This document shows, in pieces, positions 28,424-37,315 of a DNA stretch of 64,000 nt. This DNA is from Candidatus Latescibacterota bacterium. Lineage in GTDB: Bacteria > Latescibacterota > UBA2968 > UBA8231. The notes under the pieces were generated by a model, which was not told the DNA's origin, did no database searches, and worked only from the letters and a program-made list of their open reading frames with translations. The position numbers were made by a program, and so were the translations under genes. Every line of letters begins with the position of its first letter. The first letter of the stretch is position 1. Location of the stretch: the NCBI GenBank assembly GCA_965203175.1, contig OZ241867.1:1376001-1440000 (forward strand). The letters run 5' to 3'.

Positions 28424-28825
28424 ATGGCTAAAAGGAAGATATTCGTGAGTTATGACTACGACAACGATAGGTATTACAAGAATCTACTCTTGGCATGGGA
28501 TAAGAACCGCGAATTCGATTTCGGCTTTAGTGATCAGTCCGCTGATGTGTCCATCCAGAGCACTAACGTAGTCGCCATCAAACGCGCGATTTCAGCCAAG
28601 ATCAATGCCTCTACTTACTTCCTGTGCCTTGTTGGCGAGAAGACCAGCAAGAGCTATTGGGTTGCATGGGAGATCGACAAGGCTAAGGAATTAAGAAAAA
28701 AGCTTGTTGCTGTGAAGATTTCGAATAGGAATGTGACTCCAAACGGACTCTTGAATGCCGGGGCATCGTGGGCTATGTCGTTCTCATTCGACGCCATCAA
28801 AGACGCCATCGAAGGCGCTTATTAA
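28424..28825 (+). CDS. ThsB-like TIR domain protein (DUF1863/MTH538-like)
   Basis: KIFVSYDYDND, IKRAISAKI, LCLVGEKT..SYWVAWEIDKA (catalytic Glu). Confidence 0.9.
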   Translation: MAKRKIFVSYDYDNDRYYKNLLLAWDKNREFDFGFSDQSADVSIQSTNVVAIKRAISAKINASTYFLCLVGEKTSKSYWVAWEIDKAKELRKKLVAVKISNRNVTPNGLLNAGASWAMSFSFDAIKDAIEGAY

Positions 28826-28862
28826 TGGTGATGAAACTGGAAACGTGACTAAGAAAATAGCC

Positions 28863-29837
28863 ATGGCAATAGATCGAAGCAGGAACCTATACATCGCGCA
28901 GACAGCCCTTCCTATACCATGCTTTTTTCCATCGGTTTCGAGCGTTAAGACAAACCTGATGCCCGTTGATTATGTAGAGCTTCTCGTTGCAGCCGGTCAT
29001 TCGCTCTTTCTGGTATCCGCCTATGACATTGCCCATTGCACCGATGATCAGCGCCCGCGTATGGATGCCGCGCTGACGAAAGGTAAAGAACACGATGCCG
29101 TGATCCTTATGGACAGCGGGAATTACGAAAGCTTTTGGAAAGACGACAAAGACTGGCAACCTGACAGGTTCCATGAAATTGCTGGTTCTAGCCATCATCA
29201 TCTCTGTTTCTGCTACGATAACCAGCAGCCGCCCAGCACCTCAGAGTCAATTGCCGAAGACGTAGTGGCCAGTGTTATCCGAGATCAGAAACACGCCCTC
29301 GAAACCGTAGCTCCGATAGTCCATGGGGACACAGCATTGCTATCAGATGCGGCCCGTAGAACGGCGGAGCAACTTTACCCCCTACTCTTGGCCGTCCCGG
29401 AACGTGAGCTTGGAGAAGGCATTATCGAGCGAACCCGAACAGTAAGGAAAATCCGAGAGGCGCTTGATACGCTAGAGGTATATTGCCCTCTTCATCTGCT
29501 CGGCACGGGGAATCCGCTTTCGATTATTGCTTACGCCTTAGCTGGAGCCGATAGCTTCGATGGTCTGGAATGGTGTCAGACCGTTGTCGACCACCAAACA
29601 GGTAGGCTGTTACATTTTCAACAATGGGACTTGATCCGCGATCAGACAGAATGGGGTCGATGCCCTGTACTACCGTATGTCCAATCGGTCTTGATGCACA
29701 ATCTAGATTTCTATCGCGAGTTTATGAAAAAGTTACACGAAGCAATACATCTCGAAGACACTGAAACTTTCATTCAACAGTACGTAACTAACGAACAGGC
29801 AGATCTTCTACTCCGGGCCAGCGAAGGAAGTGAGTAA
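28863..29837 (+). CDS. tRNA-guanine transglycosylase (TGT/DpdA)-fold protein, Cap10-like
   Basis: ILMDSGNYE (cf. TGT DSGG), PIVHG, LHLLGTGNP, GADSFDG, HNL; start may be GTG 28845. Confidence 0.8.
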   Translation: MAIDRSRNLYIAQTALPIPCFFPSVSSVKTNLMPVDYVELLVAAGHSLFLVSAYDIAHCTDDQRPRMDAALTKGKEHDAVILMDSGNYESFWKDDKDWQPDRFHEIAGSSHHHLCFCYDNQQPPSTSESIAEDVVASVIRDQKHALETVAPIVHGDTALLSDAARRTAEQLYPLLLAVPERELGEGIIERTRTVRKIREALDTLEVYCPLHLLGTGNPLSIIAYALAGADSFDGLEWCQTVVDHQTGRLLHFQQWDLIRDQTEWGRCPVLPYVQSVLMHNLDFYREFMKKLHEAIHLEDTETFIQQYVTNEQADLLLRASEGSE

Positions 29838-30534
29838 CGTGACAATGATTCGCTTTTCTCTTTCAGCTATCGAACATGCGATCCGGGATGTGTACAGCGT
29901 ACTTGACGAGTGTACTTCAGTCCCATGGAAGGAAAGTAGCGAAGACGATCTATGGCGAGAGCTTGTATTTTGTATCCTAGGTAGCCGAGTGAGGTTTGAA
30001 ACTGTCCACGCAGCGGTTGAAAGAATGGACGGTATGTGTTTGCTTTCTCGTCCACGACGAAACACACAGTTCGATCAATATGAAGAGGACACGATGACGG
30101 CCCTTTCTATGGGCTATCCATTCTATCGCGTCAGGGCTAATCAGATTCGCCGGGCAGCAGAATACCTATACAACTACTCACGGGGGTCAATTGGGGAGTT
30201 ACTGAATAGCGCTAGTGATGCTCACAGCGCGCGACGCCTTCTGACGGCTGAGGTAGTGGGTTTGGGACCCAAGCAAGCAAGCCTATTCCTCCGGAACATC
30301 GGTTATGCAAAGTCCATCGCGGTCTTAGACGTACATATTTTGACATATTTGAGTTGGATCGGTCTTGCTGAATCTTCGCTCAAATCGGTTCCGACATTAA
30401 GCAAGTACGAAGCACTGGAAGAATCTTTTATCCAACATGCCTATTCATTAGGATTCTCACCCGATCAATTCGATCTTGCGGTGTGGATTGTAATGAAAGT
30501 GGCAAAGGAGGAATCAAACGCATGGGGATCGTGA
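29830..30534 (+). CDS. HhH N-glycosylase/DNA lyase (archaeal OGG-like), Cap11-like
   Basis: ELVFCILG, YPFYRVRA, GLGPKQASLFLRNIGY (HhH Lys), AVLDVHIL (Asp), YEALE, DLAVW. Confidence 0.85.
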   Translation: MSNVTMIRFSLSAIEHAIRDVYSVLDECTSVPWKESSEDDLWRELVFCILGSRVRFETVHAAVERMDGMCLLSRPRRNTQFDQYEEDTMTALSMGYPFYRVRANQIRRAAEYLYNYSRGSIGELLNSASDAHSARRLLTAEVVGLGPKQASLFLRNIGYAKSIAVLDVHILTYLSWIGLAESSLKSVPTLSKYEALEESFIQHAYSLGFSPDQFDLAVWIVMKVAKEESNAWGS

Positions 30535-31118
30535 CTTTGGTATCTGGAGGATTCGATTCAACTCTTATGAGTCTTATGGCTCATGAGGAAGGGATCGCAC
30601 TATTCCCTCTCTTTATCGATTACGGGCAACTCGGAGTAAACAAGGAATGGTCAGCGTGTCAGCGACTTCACAAACAATTCGGTTTGCCACCGGTGACCTA
30701 TATGGATTTGTCTGGTTTTGGAAAAACAATCCCGAGCGGACTTACAGATAGCAGTTTACGCATCAACGAAGATGCCTTCTTGCCAGGTCGAAATCTTCTT
30801 TTTGTGCTAGCAGGAGCGGCTCATGCCTGCCAGACTCAAGCTAGTAGCGTCGCGCTTGGTCTACTCAATCCCGCCGACCACCTTTTTCCAGATCAGACCA
30901 AGGGGTTTGTAGAAGAGTGCGAAAGGATTATCGAGATGGCAATGGGCCGGAGGATTTCTGTTCTTATCCCACTGATCGAGTTCTCGAAGAGAGATATTAT
31001 GGTGATGGCTCGTGATCGGGGGATAAAGCATACCTATTCATGTCATGCAGGTGGGGACGAACCTTGCGGAGTGTGCATAGCATGCATTGAAATTATTAAT
31101 GCAAAGGAAAGGAGGTAG
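30522..31118 (+). CDS. queC: QueC-family 7-cyano-7-deazaguanine synthase-like PP-loop enzyme, Cap9-like
   Basis: SGGFDST, DYGQ, PGRNLLF, FPD, TYSC-x7-CGVCIAC Zn site; RBS ggagg; probably a defence-associated paralogue rather than the housekeeping enzyme. Confidence 0.88.
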   Translation: MGIVTLVSGGFDSTLMSLMAHEEGIALFPLFIDYGQLGVNKEWSACQRLHKQFGLPPVTYMDLSGFGKTIPSGLTDSSLRINEDAFLPGRNLLFVLAGAAHACQTQASSVALGLLNPADHLFPDQTKGFVEECERIIEMAMGRRISVLIPLIEFSKRDIMVMARDRGIKHTYSCHAGGDEPCGVCIACIEIINAKERR

Positions 31119-31120
31119 CC

Positions 31121-31618
31121 ATGGGTGGCGGACGCAGTAGTCGCGGTTTAACCCCAGACGAATTCAGGAGTGCTGAACAACGTGCCAAAAAATCTCTGAA
31201 GGAAGGCGATGGCAAGCACAATGTCTTTATCAGCTTCTCCTCGGATGATCTCGATGAAGTTAACCTGTTACGTGGTCAGGCTAAGAACGAAAACAGCAAC
31301 ATTGAGTTCAACGACCGGTCACTGAAAAAGCCGTTCGACAGTAAGAAAGCCGACTATATAAAACGAGGCATTCGGGACCGTATTCGTCAATCCTCCGTTA
31401 CTGTCGTGTATGTATCGGACAAAACCGCCGATAGTAAATGGGTGGACTGGGAAATACGAGAGAGTCTTGTCATGGGGAAAGGTGTCGTCGCCATGCACAA
31501 GGGCGACACCCCACCCAGACGTCTCCCAAAGGCTATCACCGACAACAATATTCCGGTTGTACCGTGGAACCAAGAACAGTTGGCAAAAGCCATTGAGACT
31601 CAGTTCGAGAACCGATGA
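31121..31618 (+). CDS. ThsB-like TIR domain protein with a Gly-rich N-terminal extension
   Basis: MGGGRSSRG..., NVFISFS, YIKRGIRDRIRQSSVTVVYVSDKT..SKWVDWEIRES; RBS aggagg, 2 bp after the queC stop. Confidence 0.9.
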   Translation: MGGGRSSRGLTPDEFRSAEQRAKKSLKEGDGKHNVFISFSSDDLDEVNLLRGQAKNENSNIEFNDRSLKKPFDSKKADYIKRGIRDRIRQSSVTVVYVSDKTADSKWVDWEIRESLVMGKGVVAMHKGDTPPRRLPKAITDNNIPVVPWNQEQLAKAIETQFENR

Positions 31619-31727
31619 AACAAACTAACAATTGGTTACAAACGGACGGTTCTAGATGCTGCTGGACTAAGTAGTAGAGTAAGAATCGTAGAAATCGGGC
31701 TAGAGTGACATTTATCGAGACACACCT

Positions 31728-31772
31728 GCGCCGTCAAGCTGATCATGATGCAGCAGCTTCTCGTAGGTAGGG
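31728..31772 (+). repeat. Degenerate copy of the hsdS 3' end
   Basis: gcgccgtcaagc...catgatgcagcagcttctcgt. Confidence 0.85.
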
Positions 31773-31820
31773 AGAGGTCTGCTCCAACCCGAGGCTCTAA
31801 CTAAAGAAGAATAAGGCGAC

Positions 31821-33416
31821 ATGAGCGAGAGCTAGAACATCGAATGGAAAGAGACGTGGCGGGACGAATACCTAAAATGGGTCTGCGGCTTCGCCAATGC
31901 TCAGGGCGGCGTACTGGAAATCGGCAAGAATGACCGGGGTGAGGTGGTCGGAGTGAAGGACGTTCTCCGACTGCTCGAAGAAATTCCCAATAAGGCCCAG
32001 GCACTGCTCGGCGTCGTGGTGGACGTGAACCTGAAGTCGGAAGACGGCGGGGAATATCTGGAAATCGCGGTTGATCCCTACCCCAATCCAATCAGCTACA
32101 AAGGCGAATTCTACTATCGCAGCGGCAGCACCAAGCAGGTGCTCAGAGGGGCGGCACTTAGCCGCTTCCTGTTGCAGAAATACGGCCGAACGTGGGACGA
32201 TGTGCCCCTGCCGGGCGTCGGCCTCAAGGACTTGGACGGTCGCGTCTTTGACGGGTTTCGTCAGCGGGGTGCTGACAGCGAACGCTTACCGCAGGACATA
32301 TTGGACGAATCCGACGAAGGGGTAATCGAGAGGCTTCAGTTGCGAGAGACGGGTTTCCTAAAGCGTGCCGCGGTCCTGCTCTTTCATCCAGCGCCGGACC
32401 GGTTCGTGATGGAAGCCTATGTGAAGATCGGCTATTTCCGTGGTTCGGAGTTGCTGTATCAGGACGTTATTGAAGGCGACTTGTTCACTCAGGTCGATCG
32501 GACGATGGACTTGCTGTACACGAAATACACGAAGGCATTGATTTCCTACGACGGCGTTTATCGCGTGGAGACCTTTCCCGTGCCGCGTGAAGCCATGCGC
32601 GAAGCGGTGATCAACGCCATCATTCACCGGGATTACTCCAGTCCTACCACAATTCAGATTCGCGTGTACGACGACCAGATCGCGATCTGGAATGCGGTGC
32701 AGTTGCCGTCTGAATGGGCCGCCGATCAACTTGCTGGAGAACTTTCGTCAAAGCCGTATAACCCGCGAATCGCCTACGCCTTCTTCCGCGCCGGAATGAT
32801 CGAAGCCTGGGGACGGGGCATCCGGCGGATTGCGGAAATGTGCAAGGAGGCTGGCAACCCCGTACCAGAGTGGAAGCTGCAATCTAGCGGCGACGGTCTG
32901 TGGTTGAGGTTCCCGTTCTCTGCTGCGTACCAAGCAGCCGATTCCTCTACTGGCAGTGCTACTACCCAAGAAACTACCCAAGAGGCTACCCAAGAAACTA
33001 CCCAAGAGGCTACCCAAGAAACTACCCAAGAACGCATTTTGGCCTTACTCAAAGCTGAGCCTGAGCTAACGCAGCGTATGCTCGCCGAACGCATTGGTCT
33101 TACGCCGGATGGGGTCAAATACCACTTGGCTAAGCTGCGAACTGCTGGAGCCATCCGACATGTTGGACCAACCAAGGCGGGTCGATGGGAAGTGCTGACT
33201 ACCCAAGAAACCACCCAAGAGGCTACCCAAGAAACTACCCAAGAACGCATTTTGGCCTTACTCAAAGCTGAGCCTGAGCTAACGCAGCGTATGCTCGCCG
33301 AACGCATTGGTCTTACGCCGGATGGGGTCAAATACCACTTGGCTAAGCTGCGAACTGCTGGAGCCATCCGACATGTTGGACCAACCAAGGCGGGTCGATG
33401 GGAAGTGCTCAAGTGA
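31821..33416 (+). pseudogene. Schlafen/AlbA_2 + HATPase_c_4 + duplicated HTH protein, amber stop at codon 5
   Basis: MSES*NIEWKETWRDEYLKWVCGFANAQGG is in frame with ORF 31944-33416; REAVINAIIHRDY; IEAWGRG. Confidence 0.8.
32961..33409 (+). repeat. 12-bp tandem repeats (TTQE/ATQE; 6 + 4 units) and a 213-bp tandem duplication of the HTH
   Basis: Units at 32961-33032 and 33198-33245; HTH copies start at 33033 and 33246. Confidence 0.92.
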
Positions 33417-33444
33417 GTGCCTTTAAAGCAAAGGGGCTGAAAAC

Positions 33445-36400
33445 ATGAGCGCCGTCGGCCAGCGGGAAATCCAAACCCAGCGGCGAGTGGTGGCGTTTTT
33501 CCAAGACGTGCTCGACTACAAGTACCTCGGTCATTGGCAGGACCGCCCCGGCAACCGCAACGTCGAGAGAGAGCATATCACCGACTGGCTCAAGCGCCAG
33601 GGGCACAGCGACAAAATCATCGACAGGGTGCTGTTCGAGCTGAACAGGGCAGCAGGGCTCGGCGGCAGCAAGACGCTCTACGACGCCAACCGCGAGGTCT
33701 ATGGCCTGCTCCGCTACGGCGTGAAAGTCCGGCCGGATGTGGGCGAACAGAACGTCACGGTCTGGTTGATCGACTGGGAGAATCCCGGCAACAACGACTT
33801 CGCCATCGCCGAGGAGGTGACGGTCCGCGGCGAGAATACCAAGCGGCCCGACCTCGTGCTCTACGTCAACGGCATTGCCTTGGGGGTGCTGGAACTGAAG
33901 CGCTCGACGGTGTCAGTGACTGAGGGCATTCGCCAGAATCTCGACAGCCAAAAGAAGGAATTCATCGAGCCGTTCTTCGCCACCGTACAACTCGTGATGG
34001 CGGGCAACGATACTGAGGGCCTGCGCTACGGCGTGATCGAGACGGCGGAGAAGTACTGGCTGCACTGGAAGGAAGCCGAGGTCCATCCGAGTGCTGACGA
34101 CAATCCGCTGCTCCGGGAGTTGAGCCAACTCTGCGGCAAGGAGCGGCTGATAGAAATCATCCACGATTTCATCGTCTTCGATGCGGGCGTCAAGAAGATC
34201 TGCCGCCACAACCAGTACTTCGGCGTAAAGGCGGCGCAGGCTCGCGTGAAGCGCCGCGAGGGCGGCATCATCTGGCACACCCAAGGCAGCGGCAAGAGCC
34301 TGACCATGGTCTGGCTGGCCAAGTGGATCCGCGAGCACGTCACAGACGCTCGGGTCCTACTCATCACCGACCGCACCGAACTGGACGAGCAAATCGAAAA
34401 GGTCTTCAAGGGCGTCAGCGAGGACATCCATCGCACGAGGAGCGGTGCCGACTTGGTGCGCGTGCTCAATGCCAGCGACGAATGGCTGATCGCTTCGCTG
34501 ATCCACAAGTTCGGCGCGGCAGAGGAAGGCGACGTCGATACGTTCGTCGAGGACATTCGCAGCCACCTGCCCAAAGACTTCCACGCCAAGGGCGATATTT
34601 TCGTCTTCGTAGATGAGTGCCACCGCACCCAGTCCGGTAAGCTCCACGAGGCAATGAAGGAATTGTTGCCGGGGGCCATGATGATCGGCTTCACCGGGAC
34701 GCCGTTGCTCAAGAGCGACAAGCAACAGAGTATCGAAACCTTCGGGCCGTACATCCACGCCTACAAGTACGACGAGGCGGTGAAAGACGGCGTGGTACTG
34801 GACTTGCGCTACGAGGCGCGCGACATCGACCAGAACATCACCTCGCAGACCAAAATCGATCAGTGGTTCGACATCAAGACTCGTGGGCTGACCGATGTGG
34901 CCAAGGCCCAGCTCAAGCAGCGCTGGGGCACGATGCGAAGAGTCCTGAGTGCGCGGGATCGGCTGGAGAAAATCGTCGCCGACATCCTATTCGACATGGA
35001 AACGCGCGACCGCCTCAAGAGCGGTCGTGGCAACGCCATACTCGTCTCCGGCAGTATCCGCTCAGCGTGCCGCTTCTTCGACATGCTCCAGCAGACTGAA
35101 CTGGCGGGCAAATGCGCCATCGTCACCTCGTACAGGCCAACCTTAGCGGACATCAAGGGCGAGGAGACCGGCGAGGGATACACCGAAAAACTACTCCGGC
35201 ACGCCACCTACCGTAAAATGCTGGCGGCGCACTTCAACGAGCCGGAAGACTCGGCGATGCACAAGGTCGAACGCTTTGAGCAGGAAGTGAAAAAGCGCTT
35301 CATCGACGAGCCAGGACAGATGAAGCTCCTGATCGTGGTGGATAAGCTGCTGACCGGCTTTGACGCGCCATCGGCGACCTATCTCTACATCGACAAGCAG
35401 ATGCAGGACCACGGCCTATTCCAAGCGATCTGCCGGGTCAATCGCCTCGACGGCGAAGACAAGGAATACGGCTACATCATCGACTACAAAGACCTGTTCC
35501 GGTCGCTGGAGCAATCCATTAAGGACTACACGGGCGAGGCATTCGACGGGTACGACAAGGCCGATGTGGAGGGTCTGCTGAAGGACCGGCTTCAGCAAGG
35601 TCGAGAGCGGCTGGAGGAGACACGCGAGGCGACCAAGGCGCTGTGCGAGCCGGTCGAGCCGCCGCACGACACTGCGGCCTATTTGCACTACTTCTGCACG
35701 GCCAGTAACGCTCGCCAGCTCAAAAACAATGAGCCGAAGCGCGTGGCGCTCTACAAGCAAGTCGCTGCGTTCCTACGCGCCTACGCCAACTTGGCCAACG
35801 AGATGTGTGAGGCCGGCTATTCCGATGCCGAAGCGCAGGAGATCAAAGCCGAAGTGGATCACTACGAGAAGGTGCGCCAGGAGATCAAGCTGGCCAGCGG
35901 CGACTACATCGACCTGAAGATGTACGAGCCAGCCATGCGGCACCTGCTTGATACGTACATCCGCGCCGAAGAGAGCGAGCAGCTATCAGGATTCGACGAT
36001 TTGACGCTCGTGCAACTGATTGTCGAGCGCGGGGAAGAGGCGGTCGAGGAACTGCCCGCAGGCATTCGCAAGAACCGCGAGGCGGTGGCTGAGACGATTG
36101 AAAACAACGTCCGGCGGCTCATTATCGACGAGACGGGAGTCAACCCCAGGTACTACGAGAAAATGTCGGAGCTGCTGGAAGCCCTGATCCGGCAACGCAA
36201 GCAAGAGGCGATTGACTACAAGGCGTATCTGGCGCGGATCGTCGATCTGACCAGAAAGACCAGTCGGCCAGAAACCCAAGCGTCCTATCCCGCCAGCATC
36301 AACAGCCCGGCATTGAGGGCGCTGTTCGACAACTTGGTGGTGCTAGTTCCGACAGCCCGAGAGCCACTCGACACTGAGCCGCCCGTTGATGTCAGGGAGG

Positions 36401-36570
36401 CGAAAGCGCTCACCCTAGATTCCGCCATCCGTCGGGTAAAGAAGGCGGACTGGCGGGGAAACAGGCTCAAGGAGCGCGAGGTCCGCAACGCCATCCACGC
36501 AGAACTCGGCGGCAACGAGAGCCTCGTAAACGCGATATTTGAGATCGTGAAGGCACAGAGTGAGTACTAA
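33445..36570 (+). CDS. hsdR: Type I restriction endonuclease subunit R
   Basis: RPDLVLYVNG...ELK nuclease; HTQGSGKS, DECHR, GFTGTP, LLTGFDAP, QAICRVNR. Confidence 0.97.
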   Translation: MSAVGQREIQTQRRVVAFFQDVLDYKYLGHWQDRPGNRNVEREHITDWLKRQGHSDKIIDRVLFELNRAAGLGGSKTLYDANREVYGLLRYGVKVRPDVGEQNVTVWLIDWENPGNNDFAIAEEVTVRGENTKRPDLVLYVNGIALGVLELKRSTVSVTEGIRQNLDSQKKEFIEPFFATVQLVMAGNDTEGLRYGVIETAEKYWLHWKEAEVHPSADDNPLLRELSQLCGKERLIEIIHDFIVFDAGVKKICRHNQYFGVKAAQARVKRREGGIIWHTQGSGKSLTMVWLAKWIREHVTDARVLLITDRTELDEQIEKVFKGVSEDIHRTRSGADLVRVLNASDEWLIASLIHKFGAAEEGDVDTFVEDIRSHLPKDFHAKGDIFVFVDECHRTQSGKLHEAMKELLPGAMMIGFTGTPLLKSDKQQSIETFGPYIHAYKYDEAVKDGVVLDLRYEARDIDQNITSQTKIDQWFDIKTRGLTDVAKAQLKQRWGTMRRVLSARDRLEKIVADILFDMETRDRLKSGRGNAILVSGSIRSACRFFDMLQQTELAGKCAIVTSYRPTLADIKGEETGEGYTEKLLRHATYRKMLAAHFNEPEDSAMHKVERFEQEVKKRFIDEPGQMKLLIVVDKLLTGFDAPSATYLYIDKQMQDHGLFQAICRVNRLDGEDKEYGYIIDYKDLFRSLEQSIKDYTGEAFDGYDKADVEGLLKDRLQQGRERLEETREATKALCEPVEPPHDTAAYLHYFCTASNARQLKNNEPKRVALYKQVAAFLRAYANLANEMCEAGYSDAEAQEIKAEVDHYEKVRQEIKLASGDYIDLKMYEPAMRHLLDTYIRAEESEQLSGFDDLTLVQLIVERGEEAVEELPAGIRKNREAVAETIENNVRRLIIDETGVNPRYYEKMSELLEALIRQRKQEAIDYKAYLARIVDLTRKTSRPETQASYPASINSPALRALFDNLVVLVPTAREPLDTEPPVDVREAKALTLDSAIRRVKKADWRGNRLKEREVRNAIHAELGGNESLVNAIFEIVKAQSEY

Positions 36571-37294
36571 GGCTAGAGGCCACCGCATCGACATTCGCGG
36601 AATCCCGGTAGAGGTCGTCCACAAGAGCATCAAGAACCTCCACATAGGCGTCTATCCGCCGAGTGGTCGGGTACGGGTGGCCGCCCCGCTGTGGCTCGAC
36701 GATGACGCCGTGCGTTTGGCCGTCATTTCGCGCTTGGGATGGATTCACCGAAAGCGAGCCGAATTTGCCCAACAGGATCGCCAATCCCAGCGCGAGTTCG
36801 TGACCGGCGAGAGCCATTACTTCCGGGGCCGGCGCTATCGACTCGACGTGATTGAGCACGATGGTCCACCGGCAGTTCGTCTGCTCAGTAATACGAAGAT
36901 GGCGTTGCGCGTCCGTCCGGGCACCGACCGGGACGCAAAGGAGGCGGTACTGGAGCGATGGTATCGCCGTCAACTCCGCGACCAGTTGCCAGAGCTGTGC
37001 GTCAAATGGGAGCAGAAGGTTGGAGTGACGGTCGATGAGGTGCGGATCAAGAAAATGAAGACCCTCTGGGGCTCCTGTAATATCGAAGCCAAGCGCATCT
37101 GGCTAAACCTCGAACTGGCCAAGAAGCCGACTTCGTGCTTGGAGTTAGTCCTCGTCCACGAAATGGTCCACTTGATCGAGCGCCACCACAACGAGCGTTT
37201 TCGCAAGCTGATGGACAGGTTCATGCCGCAATGGCGCGTTCATCGGGACGAACTGAATCAGCAGCCGCTCGCACACGAGGATTGGGCGTACTGA
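36560..37294 (+). CDS. M48/YgjP-like (DUF45) zinc metallopeptidase accompanying hsdR
   Basis: MKTLWGSC, HEMVHL, HHNERF. Confidence 0.92.
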   Translation: MSTKARGHRIDIRGIPVEVVHKSIKNLHIGVYPPSGRVRVAAPLWLDDDAVRLAVISRLGWIHRKRAEFAQQDRQSQREFVTGESHYFRGRRYRLDVIEHDGPPAVRLLSNTKMALRVRPGTDRDAKEAVLERWYRRQLRDQLPELCVKWEQKVGVTVDEVRIKKMKTLWGSCNIEAKRIWLNLELAKKPTSCLELVLVHEMVHLIERHHNERFRKLMDRFMPQWRVHRDELNQQPLAHEDWAY

Positions 37295-37315
37295 AGCGTC
37301 TGCGGCAAAGGCTGG

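Noticed and set aside
28863-31118. Housekeeping queuosine operon or Dpd DNA-modification cluster
   Set aside because: No queD/E/F/A, folE or dpdB-K in the window; the TGT lacks the Zn cysteines; the context is TIR/SLATT inside an R-M locus.
27469-31618. Canonical type IV CBASS
   Set aside because: No ORF in or near the cassette shows a CD-NTase GS...DxD nucleotidyltransferase signature; TIR genes are present instead.
27469-31618. Canonical Thoeris
   Set aside because: No ThsA-type SIR2-SLOG, TM-macro or caspase effector is seen, and TGT/OGG/QueC genes are interleaved.
32961-33245. CRISPR array
   Set aside because: The 12-bp units abut without unique spacers, lie in frame within a CDS, and no cas genes are present.
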